The translations under genes and the position numbers were made by a program. A stretch of 64,000 bases of DNA, from positions 2,496,001-2,560,000 of the forward strand of contig CAWKMU010000003.1 in assembly GCA_963850905.1 (NCBI GenBank), in the 5' to 3' direction. Of this stretch, positions 40,757-50,754 are shown piece after piece; within the stretch, counting starts at the first letter, position 1, and each line of letters starts with the position of its first letter. The notes under the pieces are model-generated. The model saw only the letters and a list, made by a program, of their open reading frames with translations, ran no database searches and was not told the DNA's origin. This DNA is from an uncultured Gemmatimonadales bacterium. GTDB lineage: Bacteria; Gemmatimonadota; Gemmatimonadetes; Gemmatimonadales; Gemmatimonadaceae.

Positions 40757-42490
40757 GTGACTACGCCCGAGACGTCGATCCGAGCGCGGCCGCGCGGGCC
40801 GGCGCGGTGGATCATGCCGCGAGCGTGTGACGACGTCGCGATTACTGCGCTGATCGACGCACTCCACCTGCCGGACTCGGTCTGCCGGCTGCTCCATGCT
40901 CGCGGGTTTACGGACACCGAAGCTGCCAAGCGCTTCTTGCGGCCCCGATTTGATCAGCTCCACGACCCCGCGCTGCTGCACGGGCTCAACGACGCGGTCG
41001 AGCGGCTGGCGCAAGCGATTGAGAAGGGCGAGACCATTTTCATCCACGGTGATTACGACGTCGATGGCATGGCCTCGACGGCGCTGCTCACCCGGGCGCT
41101 TCGCTCAATGGGGGCCAAAGTGGTTCCCTTCGTGCCCCGCCGCTTGCAGGATGGCTACGATCTGTCATCTGCCGGCGTCAATGCCGCGGTTGCGGCTGGC
41201 GCGCGCGTCGTCGTGACGGCGGACTGCGGCACGAGCGCCCACGCATCGGTTGCGGCCCTCAACGCCGCGGGCATCGACGTCATCATCAGCGACCATCACT
41301 TGCCGGGCGGCGCACTGCCGGACTGCGTGGCCGTGCTCAATCCACGTCAGCCAGGGTGCCGCTATCCCGACAAGGACCTGGCGGCCGCTGGGGTCGTGTT
41401 CAAGTTGGCGCTCGCGCTCGCGCGCCGTATGGGGGCGAGTGAGGGGCCGGTCTTTGGACTGCTCGATCTGGTGGCGCTCGCGACGGTTGCGGACGTCGCT
41501 CCGCTGCGGGGCGAGAACCGGGTATTCGTCCGCTACGGGCTGCGGCTCCTGGCCGAAACGACGAACCTCGGGCTGCGCGCGCTGGTGCACGTCTGCGGTC
41601 TGGATGCCAAAGCGATCACCGCGGGGCGTGCCGGCTACATCCTCGCGCCCCGCTTGAATGCGGTTGGCCGGATCGGGACGGCAATGCGGGGCGTCGAGCT
41701 CCTCCTCACGAACAACGAGGCGGACGCTGGCCGCATCGCGCAGGAGCTGGACGAGTTGAATCGGCAGCGTCAGGATATCGATCGCCGCACGCTCGTCGAA
41801 GCCCGTGAAATGGTGACGAAGCTGGATCTCGACGAGACCTACGGCATCGTGCTGGCCGACTCGAGCTGGCACCCTGGGGTGATCGGGATCGTCGCGTCGC
41901 GCCTCGTCGAGGAATTCGGTCGCCCGACGATGCTTGTGGCCCTGTCAGATGGCGACGGCCGCGGCTCCGGGCGCTCGATCCCGGCGTTCGATCTCCACGC
42001 GGGGCTCTCGGCGTGCCGGGACGTGCTGCTGCGGTTCGGCGGGCATCGAGCCGCTGCGGGGGTGACGGTCGCCCGAGAGCGCGTACCGGAGTTTGCCGCT
42101 CGCTTCAACGCAGTGGCCCGCGCGCAGCTGCGCAAAGAGGATCTCGTGCCGGAGGTCCATGTCGACCTCGAGCTCTCGATCGACGATGTCACTCCGGAGC
42201 TGGAGTCGGTCCTTCGCCACTTCGAGCCGTTCGGTGTCGGCAACCCCGCGCCGGCCCTGCTGGTGCGGCACGCGCGACTCAGCTGTCCGCCACGAACCGT
42301 GGCGCAGGACGGGGTGAAGCTGCGCCTGTCGCGTCGCGCGGGCGACCTGGACGCGGTGGCCTGGGGCGCTGCCCATCGCCTCGAGGAGCTGCAGGCCGGC
42401 GGACCCGTCGACGTCGTGTTCCGTGTCGAGCGTGACGACTGGCTGGGCGATGGTCGCGTGCAGGCCAAGGTCACCGACTTCCGCGTATGA
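40757..42490 (+). CDS. recJ: Single-stranded-DNA exonuclease RecJ
   Basis: GDYDVDG, TADCG, DHH, ATVADV, APRLNAVGR, HPGVIGIVASRL, FGGHRAAAG, EPFGVGNP. Confidence 0.96.
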   Translation: MTTPETSIRARPRGPARWIMPRACDDVAITALIDALHLPDSVCRLLHARGFTDTEAAKRFLRPRFDQLHDPALLHGLNDAVERLAQAIEKGETIFIHGDYDVDGMASTALLTRALRSMGAKVVPFVPRRLQDGYDLSSAGVNAAVAAGARVVVTADCGTSAHASVAALNAAGIDVIISDHHLPGGALPDCVAVLNPRQPGCRYPDKDLAAAGVVFKLALALARRMGASEGPVFGLLDLVALATVADVAPLRGENRVFVRYGLRLLAETTNLGLRALVHVCGLDAKAITAGRAGYILAPRLNAVGRIGTAMRGVELLLTNNEADAGRIAQELDELNRQRQDIDRRTLVEAREMVTKLDLDETYGIVLADSSWHPGVIGIVASRLVEEFGRPTMLVALSDGDGRGSGRSIPAFDLHAGLSACRDVLLRFGGHRAAAGVTVARERVPEFAARFNAVARAQLRKEDLVPEVHVDLELSIDDVTPELESVLRHFEPFGVGNPAPALLVRHARLSCPPRTVAQDGVKLRLSRRAGDLDAVAWGAAHRLEELQAGGPVDVVFRVERDDWLGDGRVQAKVTDFRV

Positions 42491-42529
42491 CGACCGCCGC
42501 CACACGGGCGCACCGCGCCCGCCGGTGAC

Positions 42530-43093
42530 ATGCGTATCGTCGCCGGACGCTGGCGCGGCCGTACGATCGCCGCTCCCGCGGGGCGAGTCGTACGACCGAC
42601 CGCCGATCGTGTACGGGAGGCATGGATGAGCGTCGTGCAGCCGTGGTTGCACAACGCGCGCGTGCTCGACCTCTTCGCCGGTTCAGGAGCACTGGGACTC
42701 GAGGCGCTGTCGCGCGGCGCGGCGCAGGCGGATTTCGTCGAGCAGGCAGCGCCGAGCCTGCGCGCATTGCGCGAGAACATCGCATCCCTTGGCGCCGCCG
42801 ACCACTCGCGCGTACGACGCGCCGACGCGCTGCGCACCATTGCCCGGCTCGAGCCGGGCGCGTATGACGTAGCGTTCGCCGATCCGCCGTACGGTCTCGG
42901 CTTGGCGGCGTCGGTCGCCGAACGCTGGCTCGAGACACCGTTCGCGACGATTCTCGGTGTCGAGCATTCCACGCGTGAGACCATGCCGCCTGGCGGCCAC
43001 ACGCGAACGTATGGATCGACCGCCCTCACCGTCTACCGCGCCGACGACAACGCGCGAACGGCTCGGGACGATCGGGAGGCGCCATCATGGTGA
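42530..43093 (+). CDS. rsmD: 16S rRNA m2G966 methyltransferase
   Basis: MRIVAGRWRGR, RPTADRVRE, LDLFAGSGALGLEALSRGA, DPPY. Confidence 0.94.
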   Translation: MRIVAGRWRGRTIAAPAGRVVRPTADRVREAWMSVVQPWLHNARVLDLFAGSGALGLEALSRGAAQADFVEQAAPSLRALRENIASLGAADHSRVRRADALRTIARLEPGAYDVAFADPPYGLGLAASVAERWLETPFATILGVEHSTRETMPPGGHTRTYGSTALTVYRADDNARTARDDREAPSW

Positions 43094-43617
43094 GTCGGAA
43101 GCGGAAGCGGGGCGGCGCGCCCAGCGCGCCTGAGGGCCGGATCGCGGTCTATGCCGGGAGCTTCGACCCGATCACGCGTGGTCATGAGGACCTGATTCGG
43201 CGAAGCCTGGAGTTCGTGGATCGCCTCGTCGTGGCCGTTGCGTTGAACTCCTCGAAGCAGGCGTTGTTCGAGATCGACGAGCGGCTGGATCTCATTCGCG
43301 CCACCGTCGGCCCGAATCCGCGAATCGATGTGCGGTCCTTCAACGGCCTGCTGGTGGATTTTGCGGCCGAAGTGGGCGCGCGCCTGATTATCCGGGGACT
43401 GCGGGCAGTCAGCGACTTCGAGTACGAGTTTCAGATGGCATTGATGAACCGGCATCTGACATCGGGTCGGCTCGAGACCGTGTTCATGGTCCCATCCCTC
43501 GATACCACCTACATCAGCTCCAGCATCGTCCGCGAAGTAGCGCGCTACGGCGGCAACGTCCGCGATCTGGTCCACCCCAGGGTGGCCGCGGCGCTGCGGT
43601 CGAAGTTTCCGGCGTGA
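43087..43617 (+). CDS. coaD: Phosphopantetheine adenylyltransferase
   Basis: [40 protein letters not shown]. Confidence 0.96.
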   Translation: MVSRKRKRGGAPSAPEGRIAVYAGSFDPITRGHEDLIRRSLEFVDRLVVAVALNSSKQALFEIDERLDLIRATVGPNPRIDVRSFNGLLVDFAAEVGARLIIRGLRAVSDFEYEFQMALMNRHLTSGRLETVFMVPSLDTTYISSSIVREVARYGGNVRDLVHPRVAAALRSKFPA

Positions 43618-44600
43618 TCGACGATCGGCCCGGCGGCCCGGACCGCTCCACCGCGGGGCCGGAGTCCACACGCGGCTTTGTAACGAGTTTGCGCGCGCGC
43701 GCCTCGCGCGCGCATCGGCGCGTGGCATTTCCGGAGACTGGAGATCCTCGGACGCTCGTGGCCATCGAGCGGCTCGCTGCTGCTCGCATCGTCGAGCCCG
43801 TGGTCGTGCTGGACGAGTCGAATCCCGAGGCCCAGCGCGCAGCACGAGCGCTCGCTGACCGAGCAGGACTGGAGTGCGTGAGCCCGGGGCCGACGGGAGC
43901 ACTCGTCACGGCGCTCGAGCTTCTGCATGCCGGTTTGGTCGATTCGTGCGTCGCCGGGGCGTCGCACACCACGGCGGCGGTCCTCCGCGGGGCGCTCAGG
44001 ATCGTCGGGAAGGCTCCTGGTGTTGAGCTCGTTTCCAGCGCGTTCTATATGGTGCTCCGCGCCCAGCAGCACCCGGGCGTGGGAGGCGACGTGCTGACCT
44101 TCACGGACTGCGCGGTCGTGCCCGAGCCCACGTCGGTGCAACTGGCCGATATCGCCCTCGCGGCCGCGCGGGACCGCGCGCGCGTGGTCGGAGATGAGCC
44201 GCGGGTCGCGTTTCTTTCCTTCAGCACACTCGGGAGTGGTGGGACCGCCTCACCGTCGATTGCGCGCGTGCGTGCGGCTGTGGAGCTCACGCGCGAGCGG
44301 GAGCCCGGGCTGGCGGTGGACGGCGAAATACAGGTGGACGCCGCCCTGATCCCCGAGGTCGCCACCCGAAAGGGTGCCGGCCAAGTGCTCGCGGGACGCG
44401 CGAACGTGTTAGTCTTTCCGTCACTGGATGCGGGCAACATCGCGTACAAGCTCGTCGAGCGGTTGGGAGGAGCGACGGCGATCGGGCCCATCATTCAGGG
44501 CTTGGCGCGACCGTGTTCGGATCTATCGCGGGGTGCCAGTCCGGATGACATTATCAACGTGGCGGCAGTGACCGCCGTGCAGGCCACCGAGCCCGCCTAA
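43614..44600 (+). CDS. pta: Phosphate acetyl/butyryltransferase (PTA_PTB family)
   Basis: [60 protein letters not shown]. Confidence 0.88.
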   Translation: MIDDRPGGPDRSTAGPESTRGFVTSLRARASRAHRRVAFPETGDPRTLVAIERLAAARIVEPVVVLDESNPEAQRAARALADRAGLECVSPGPTGALVTALELLHAGLVDSCVAGASHTTAAVLRGALRIVGKAPGVELVSSAFYMVLRAQQHPGVGGDVLTFTDCAVVPEPTSVQLADIALAAARDRARVVGDEPRVAFLSFSTLGSGGTASPSIARVRAAVELTREREPGLAVDGEIQVDAALIPEVATRKGAGQVLAGRANVLVFPSLDAGNIAYKLVERLGGATAIGPIIQGLARPCSDLSRGASPDDIINVAAVTAVQATEPA

Positions 44601-44619
44601 CGCCGGAGAATTCCGTCCG

Positions 44620-44952
44620 ATGAGCTTCACGATGACGAAGCATGGAGCTGTGGTCGTGGTGGATGTCGAGGGACAGCTGATCGTTGGGAATCGCCAGGAG
44701 CTCAAGCAGAAGGTGCTCGACGAGCTGGAGAAGGGCGAGCGCAAATTCCTGATCGACTTCGGGCGCACGGGCTACATCGACAGCTCGGGGCTGGGCGTGC
44801 TGGTCTCGCTCTCCAAGAAGATTCGCGAGCAGGGCGGCGAGTTGCGGCTCGCGAATCTCAACGATGATCTCAAGACGCTCTTCGAGCTCACCAAGCTGGA
44901 CACGCTCTTTCAGATCGCCGACAGCCGCGACCGCGGGCTGGAGAGCTTCTAG
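44620..44952 (+). CDS. STAS-domain anti-sigma factor antagonist (RsbV/SpoIIAA-like)
   Basis: YIDSSGLGVLV, LFELTKLD. Confidence 0.92.
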   Translation: MSFTMTKHGAVVVVDVEGQLIVGNRQELKQKVLDELEKGERKFLIDFGRTGYIDSSGLGVLVSLSKKIREQGGELRLANLNDDLKTLFELTKLDTLFQIADSRDRGLESF

Positions 44953-45033
44953 CCTGGGACAGCGACGCAGGTGTGTGATCGCGACCGGGGTGAGCATGCC
45001 CGCGGTCAGCGCGCGCGGGCTGGACTGAGCGGC

Positions 45034-45543
45034 GTGCACGAGCGACGTCACTCGGGTGCGCAGCCGGCCCCGCTCTCGAGTGGCGGGGGCGGGCTCGAGC
45101 CCGCGCGGTTCGCGCTGGAGTTGGAGGTCGCCACTGACGTTCGGCTGATCGGTCGCATCGTCCAGATGGTGAGCCGGGAGATTCGGGAGTTCGACTTTCC
45201 CGCGCATCTCTGCTCGCTCAATGTGCCCGTCGCTTTGAGTGAGGCACTGTCCAATGCGATGCTGCGCGGCAACGCGGACGATCCCGAAAAGATGGTCCAC
45301 GTGCGGATGGCCGTCGACGACCGACGCCTCGTGCTGGAAGTCTCGGATGAAGGGCGCGGCTTCGACCTCGATCAGTGCACGCAAGACCCGACGACCGCCG
45401 ACAACATGCTGCGAGAGGACGGCCGCGGGCTGTTCCTGATGCGGCGCCTCATGGACCAGGTGGAGCGCTACACCGAGGACGGCGCGACCCGGCGCAACGT
45501 CGTCCGCCTGACACTCTTTCGGAGGCACCCGGCGGCGCCATGA
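45034..45543 (+). CDS. Anti-sigma factor / serine kinase (RsbW-like HATPase); start approximate
   Basis: EALSNAM, VSDEGRGFD, EDGRGLFLMRRLMD. Confidence 0.88.
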   Translation: MHERRHSGAQPAPLSSGGGGLEPARFALELEVATDVRLIGRIVQMVSREIREFDFPAHLCSLNVPVALSEALSNAMLRGNADDPEKMVHVRMAVDDRRLVLEVSDEGRGFDLDQCTQDPTTADNMLREDGRGLFLMRRLMDQVERYTEDGATRRNVVRLTLFRRHPAAP

Positions 45544-47147
45544 GAGAGCAAGACCTGAGCGTCGTGCTGACCGCGTTCTATGACGCCACGCGATGTCCAG
45601 CTACGCTCTGGATGCAGACCGATCCCGCCCGGCCCCTGCATCTATTGGCGGTCGCGCCCCCGAGCACGGCCGTCACGCCGCCCACTGCTGCACTCCTCCC
45701 GCGTGGCCCCGAGCCTCACACGCTGGCGGGACCCGAGGGGCGCAAGCTTGCAGCGCGCATTCCGCCCGCGAAGCATGTGTGGCTGGTCCTCGGGCCATCT
45801 CCGAGCGGCGGCTTGCCGCTCAACAACCTGTTCCAATTCCTCGCGCCGGTCGTATCGCAGATCCTGCAGACGGCGATGGAGGTCGAGCATGCCGCCACCG
45901 AGCTCGCCGAACGGTACGAGGAGATCAACCTGCTCTACACGATCAGCGAGATACTCGGCCGCACTGTTCGCCTCGAGGAAGCCGCCGCGACGATTCTGCG
46001 CGAGATCTCCGAGACGGTGGGTGCGCGCCGGGCTTCGATTCTGGTGCACGATCGGGTCACGGATACCCTGCAGGTCGTCGCTGCCTTGGGTGTTCCGGCC
46101 GAAGACGCGCCGCCGATCGCCGTCGACGATACGACCAGCGTGTCGGCGCGGGTGTTCCGCACGCAGCACGCCATGATCGTCGACGGCGATGAGATGGCCT
46201 GCGAAGCCGAAGCGTCATATCGCCGTGGCTCGATGATGTCGGTCCCGATCATGTGGACGTCGCCGGAGGGCGGTGAACCACTCGGCGTCGTGAATCTCTC
46301 CGAGCGGCGCTCGGGGCATCCCTTCTCGGCGGGTGACCAGAAGCTCGTCGCGGCGATTGCGACCCAGATCGGCACCGCGATCCAGAATGCACGACTCGTG
46401 CGGGCATCGCTCGCGCAACAGCGTCTGGTGCAGGAAATGGAGCTCGCCCACGATCTGCAAATGCGCCTGCTGCCGACGGGCGCGGTTGTCGCGCCCCAGG
46501 CGGAGGTGGCCGCGCGGGTCGTGCCGGCGGAGAGCGTGGGTGGCGACTTCTACAACCTCTTTCGGTTGGGCCCCGACGCCACGGGCGCGATGATCGGGGA
46601 CGTGTCGAGTCATGGCTATCGGGCGGCGCTCATCATGGCGCTCGCCATGAGCGCGTCCGCTATTCACGCCCAGGCGTCCACCGATCCGGGCGAGACGATC
46701 ACCGCCCTGCAGGCGTCGCTGCGAGATGAGCTCCTCACGACGGAGATGTTCATCACGCTGTTCTATGGGGTCGTCGACCGGTCCAGCGGCCAGCTGCGCT
46801 ACGCGAACATGGGGCATCCGCACGCCTTCGTCGTCGGCGGCACCGGCGCGGTCCAGCGACTCCCTGCGCTCGACCCGCCCCTCGGAATGGTCGACGCCCG
46901 GCCGCACTCGGCGGCTCGGTCGTGGGCGTGCGGGCGCGACGTACTGGTGTTGTTCACCGATGGCATCAGCGACGCGCGCAACCGCGCCAATGTGCGCCTC
47001 GGGGAACAGGCCGTGCTCGACACTGTTCTGGCCAATCGTGCACGGCCCGTTGCCGAGATCATCGACCGGGTGTTCGACACGCTCAGGGCGCATACGGGCG
47101 AAGTGCCGCCGCGCGACGACTTGACGCTCATCGTTCTCCGCAGCTGA
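45540..47147 (+). CDS. GAF plus SpoIIE/PP2C phosphatase (RsbU-like)
   Basis: GAF domain; VGGDFY, GDVSSHG, YANMGHP, FTDGISD, DDLT. Confidence 0.9.
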   Translation: MREQDLSVVLTAFYDATRCPATLWMQTDPARPLHLLAVAPPSTAVTPPTAALLPRGPEPHTLAGPEGRKLAARIPPAKHVWLVLGPSPSGGLPLNNLFQFLAPVVSQILQTAMEVEHAATELAERYEEINLLYTISEILGRTVRLEEAAATILREISETVGARRASILVHDRVTDTLQVVAALGVPAEDAPPIAVDDTTSVSARVFRTQHAMIVDGDEMACEAEASYRRGSMMSVPIMWTSPEGGEPLGVVNLSERRSGHPFSAGDQKLVAAIATQIGTAIQNARLVRASLAQQRLVQEMELAHDLQMRLLPTGAVVAPQAEVAARVVPAESVGGDFYNLFRLGPDATGAMIGDVSSHGYRAALIMALAMSASAIHAQASTDPGETITALQASLRDELLTTEMFITLFYGVVDRSSGQLRYANMGHPHAFVVGGTGAVQRLPALDPPLGMVDARPHSAARSWACGRDVLVLFTDGISDARNRANVRLGEQAVLDTVLANRARPVAEIIDRVFDTLRAHTGEVPPRDDLTLIVLRS

Positions 47148-47152
47148 GCCGC

Positions 47153-47969
47153 ATGCGCCGGCACCCGCGGCGCGGCGCTGACCAATGGCCGCGTCCGAGG
47201 AAGCGACTGGGACAGCACTTTCTCACCGATCCTCGCGTGCTCGCGCGGATCGCCGACGCGCTCGCGCCGACGGGCGACGACACGGTCGTGGAGATCGGGC
47301 CCGGCCGCGGTTCGCTGACCGCGGAATTGCTCGCCCGCGCAGGGCGGGTCGTCGCGATCGAGCTGGACGGAGCACTCGCCGCGCGGCTTCGATCGGCGTA
47401 CGCGGACCGGGATGCCCTCACCGTGATCGAGGGCGATGCGCTGGACCTGTCCCTGGCCGGTGCCGCGGGCCGGGCCGATTACCTGGCTGCCGGCAACGTG
47501 CCGTACTACATCACGACGCCAATTCTTTTTCACTCACTCGAGGCGCCGCGCCCGCGCCGATCCGTGTTTCTTGTGCAGCGCGAGGTCGCCGAGCGCGTGG
47601 TCGCGCCCCCCGGCACCGTCGGCGTATGGCGCGCTGTCGGTCAACGTGCAAGCGCTCGCGGAGCCGACGATCGCCTTTACGATCGCACCCGGCGCCTTTA
47701 CGCCGCCGCCGCGCGTCGACTCGGCCGTGCTGCGCCTCGTCCCGCGACGAGACCCGGTGGTGACGGACCAGGAGCAGCCCGACTACTCGGCGTTTGTCAT
47801 CGCCGCCTTCGGCCTCCGCCGGAAGCAAATGCGCCGCGTCGTGCGGACGCTGCGCGGCCTCACGCCGAGCGCCGCGGACGCGCTGCTCGAAGGGGCGGGT
47901 GTCGCGCCAGACGCACGTCCCGAGGTATTGACGCCCGCACAGTTCGCGGCTGTCTACCGCGCATTGTGA
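47153..47969 (+). CDS. rsmA: 16S rRNA dimethyladenosine transferase (frameshift near 47615)
   Basis: RKRLGQHFL, EIGPGRGSLT, GNVPYYITT, VQREVAER, FTPPPRVDSAV. Confidence 0.94.
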
Positions 47970-47972
47970 GAA

Positions 47973-48116
47973 CTGAACGGCGGGTCTGGGGTTTGGGGTC
48001 TGGGGTTTGGGGAACGGCAAAACCACACGGCCAGTCACCGTGTGCGGCGGCCGACCCTCGCGTTTTGGTGCGGCTTCCCGAGACCCCAAACCCCAGACCC
48101 CAGACGCGCAGTTCAG
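47973..48116. repeat. Palindromic element with (GGGGTYT)n arms between convergent rsmA and rex
   Basis: CTGAACGGC-GGGTCTG GGGTTTG GGGTCTG GGGTTTG GGGAACGGCAA ... AGACC CCAAACC CCAGACC CCAGACG-CGCAGTTCAG. Confidence 0.85.
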
Positions 48117-48784
48117 CCCTTCCCCTTCTCCTTGGCCAAGGCATACGACAGCACTTCCAATTCCGCTGCCATGTTGACCCCCTGCACAGCGACGCCGCCC
48201 GGGACGCGAATCCGAGTCGGTGCGAAGTTGAGGATGCCGGTGATACCTGCCTGTACCGCGCGGTCCGCCGTTTCCTGCGCGCGGTCCGCCGGCACGGCAA
48301 GGACTGCAATGTCCGGGTGCTCGCGCGCGGCATCGTGCTCGAGGTTCGACACGTCTCGGATCACGAGGCCCGGCGTGATCGCGCCGATCTTGGCCGGGTC
48401 GTTGTCATACACGGCGATCACGCTGAACCCGCGCCGGCGGAACCCCGAGTATTCGGCCAGCGCGCTCCCGATTTTCCCCGCGCCAATGATCACGACGCGC
48501 CACACCCGCCCGAGGCCGAGGATCTCGCGCAGCTCGGCGATCAGCTCTGGCACCCCGTAGCCGAGCCCTCGCTTGCCGAAGGAGCCGAATACCGAGAGGT
48601 CCTTGCGCACCTGCGCGGAACTCGTGCCGGCCAGCGCGGCAAGCTCATCGCTCGAGATCGTCGCCAACCCACGCTCCTCGAATTCCTCGAGCAGGCGGAG
48701 GTACAGCGAGAGTCGCCGCACCGTTGGCTCTGCGATGCGTTTCGTCGTTGTCGTGCGGCCCCCGGAACTCGAGTGGGACGTCAC
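48113..48784 (-). CDS. rex: Redox-sensing transcriptional repressor Rex
   Basis: TVRRLSLYLR, ISSDELA, QVRKDLSVFGSFGKRGLGY, IIGAGKIG, GILNFAP. Confidence 0.96.
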   Translation of the reverse strand: MTSHSSSGGRTTTTKRIAEPTVRRLSLYLRLLEEFEERGLATISSDELAALAGTSSAQVRKDLSVFGSFGKRGLGYGVPELIAELREILGLGRVWRVVIIGAGKIGSALAEYSGFRRRGFSVIAVYDNDPAKIGAITPGLVIRDVSNLEHDAAREHPDIAVLAVPADRAQETADRAVQAGITGILNFAPTRIRVPGGVAVQGVNMAAELEVLSYALAKEKGKG

Positions 48785-48909
48785 GGCGCAGGGGAGAGAA
48801 TCACGGCGTAGAATTAATTAAGTTGCTGCGTGCCAGTCCACGCCTTTCGTGAGATATCATTGCTTCTTAACTCGGTCTCCGTGTCGCGGCCATTGGCGGT
48901 GCACGCGGG

Positions 48910-49602
48910 GTGACGCTGCCGCTGCTGGGCCCAGATGCGATGCCGCCGTTGCTGACGAGTCAGCGTCTCACGACGTTGTCCTACGCGGTGGTCGATGTCG
49001 AGACGACGGGTGGTTCTCCCTGGACCGGACATCGCGTCACGGAGATTGCCGCCGTGATTGTCCGCGAGGGTCGAGTCGCCGACACCTTCGAGACGCTTGT
49101 GAATCCCGAGCGGCCCATCCCGGCGTTCATAACGCGCTTGACCCATATCACCCCGTCCATGGTGCGCGACAAGCCGCCCTTTGGCGCGATTGCGCCCCGC
49201 GTCGCGGAATTTCTGCGCGGGCACGTGTTCGTCGCCCACAACGCGGGGTTCGATCGCCGGTTCGTCGAGATGGAGGTGCAACGCGCTGGGCATTACTGGA
49301 CGGGAGATCGCGTGCTCTGCACCGTCCGTTTGGCGCGTCGCCTCGTGCCGCACCTGCGCCGCCGGTCGCTCGACCATCTGGCGCACCACTACGGCGTGCG
49401 CATCAACGACCGGCATCGGGCCATGGGTGACGCGATGGCGACAGCGCTCTGCTTCATCCGGCTGCTCGACGACGCCGGCACGTGCGGGCTGGACACGTGG
49501 GGCGACGTCGTGCGCCTGGTAACGCCCGGGAGGGCGCGCGGACGCAAGCGGCGCAAGCCGTCGGCGCTGCCGCAAAGCGGGCAGTGGGAGCTCGGAGCGT
49601 GA
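48910..49602 (+). CDS. DEDDh 3'-5' exonuclease (DnaQ-like)
   Basis: VVDVETTG, AHNAGFD, HRAMGDA. Confidence 0.9.
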   Translation: MTLPLLGPDAMPPLLTSQRLTTLSYAVVDVETTGGSPWTGHRVTEIAAVIVREGRVADTFETLVNPERPIPAFITRLTHITPSMVRDKPPFGAIAPRVAEFLRGHVFVAHNAGFDRRFVEMEVQRAGHYWTGDRVLCTVRLARRLVPHLRRRSLDHLAHHYGVRINDRHRAMGDAMATALCFIRLLDDAGTCGLDTWGDVVRLVTPGRARGRKRRKPSALPQSGQWELGA

Positions 49603-50465
49603 CCGCGACACCCTTGCACGAGCGACGCCAGATCGGCGGTCTGACCGTGCACGCCATCCGCTCCGGAAGCCTGCGATTGGATGGGGGCGCGATGTTCGGC
49701 ATCGTGCCCAAGCCGTTATGGGAGCGCCGTGCCGCGGCAGACGAGCGCAACCGGATCTTGCTCGGGATGCGGTCGTTCCTGATCGAGCACGACGTCGGCC
49801 TCGTGCTCGTGGAGACCGGGTTGGGCAACAAGGAGGACGCCAAGTTCCGGGACATCTACGGCGTCGAAAACGCCGGCGCCGACCACCGCACAGCGCTGGA
49901 AGATGGCTTGCACGCGGCCGGATTCCGGCCCGAGGACGTGGCGATCGTGATCGACACCCATCTCCACTTCGACCACGCCGGCGGCAACACGTACCGGGAT
50001 CGGGATGGCGCCATTCGCCTCACGTTCCCCAAGGCGCGATACGTCGTGCAGTCCGGGGAGTATCACTACGCGACGCACACCAACGAGCGCACGGCCGGGA
50101 GCTACTTCGCCCACAACTTTGTGCCGGTACGCGAGGCTGGCGCCTTCGATCTGATCGACGGCGAGCGAGAGATGGTTCCGGGCATCCGGCTGCTGCCTAC
50201 GCCAGGCCACACGCCGCACCATCAAAGTGTCCTGCTCGAGTCCGGCGGAGTCCGCGCCTGCATCCTTGCGGACCTGGTTCCGACGACCACCCATCTCCCG
50301 CTCCCCTGGATCATGGGCTACGACGTCGAGCCCCTGGTGACGCTCGAGACCAAACGCCGCGTGCTGGAGCGAGCCCAGGCCGAGGACTGGTTGTTGTTGT
50401 TTGTGCATGATCCGGGGATCGTCGGGGGCAGGTTGGTTGGAGGGGAGTTCAGGGCGGAGGGCTAG
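49599..50465 (+). CDS. MBL-fold metallo-hydrolase (YtnP-like)
   Basis: LDGGAMFGIVPKPLW, THLHFDHAGG, PGHTPHH, WIMGYD. Confidence 0.9.
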   Translation: MTATPLHERRQIGGLTVHAIRSGSLRLDGGAMFGIVPKPLWERRAAADERNRILLGMRSFLIEHDVGLVLVETGLGNKEDAKFRDIYGVENAGADHRTALEDGLHAAGFRPEDVAIVIDTHLHFDHAGGNTYRDRDGAIRLTFPKARYVVQSGEYHYATHTNERTAGSYFAHNFVPVREAGAFDLIDGEREMVPGIRLLPTPGHTPHHQSVLLESGGVRACILADLVPTTTHLPLPWIMGYDVEPLVTLETKRRVLERAQAEDWLLLFVHDPGIVGGRLVGGEFRAEG

Positions 50466-50475
50466 GGCCCCGTGC

Positions 50476-50700
50476 AGGGTCGGGGGTCACGGGAACGACA
50501 CCCGCAACCGCGGGCGGGCTGAAGCCCGCCCCTACATGTTGCTGCGGGCGCCGACGTCATCCAATTCGGCGACTTGGCTTCGCGAACGAAGAAGGCCACC
50601 CGATTCTTTCGCCCTCACACCGACATGTAGGGGCGACCTTCAGGTCGCCCGCGGTTGTCCGGTCGCCGTTGGCCGTCCCCTGACCTCTGACCCCGCCGTT
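50476..50700. mobile_element. Second copy of the composite REPIN-like element (left arm eroded)
   Basis: REP 50512-50535 identical to 33991-34014; partner REP GTAGGGGCGACCTTCAGGTCGCCC at 50627-50650; right end CTGACCCCGCCGTT as at 34200. Confidence 0.75.
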
Positions 50701-50719
50701 AAGGTTTCACCGCCTTCCC

Positions 50720-50748
50720 TTGACCGGCCGTCCCGACGCGCCTAACTT
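50720..50748 (+). promoter_or_regulatory. Sigma70-type promoter of infC-rpmI-rplT
   Basis: TTGACC-17 nt-TAACTT. Confidence 0.6.
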
Positions 50749-50754
50749 CCGACC

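Noticed and set aside
48845..48865. Rex operator upstream of rex (and a similar half-site at about 16961)
   Set aside because: Only the left half resembles TTGTGAA-N4-TTCACAA
21894..50700. Intergenic repeats as a CRISPR array
   Set aside because: There are no regularly spaced 23-47-nt direct repeats with unique spacers and no cas genes
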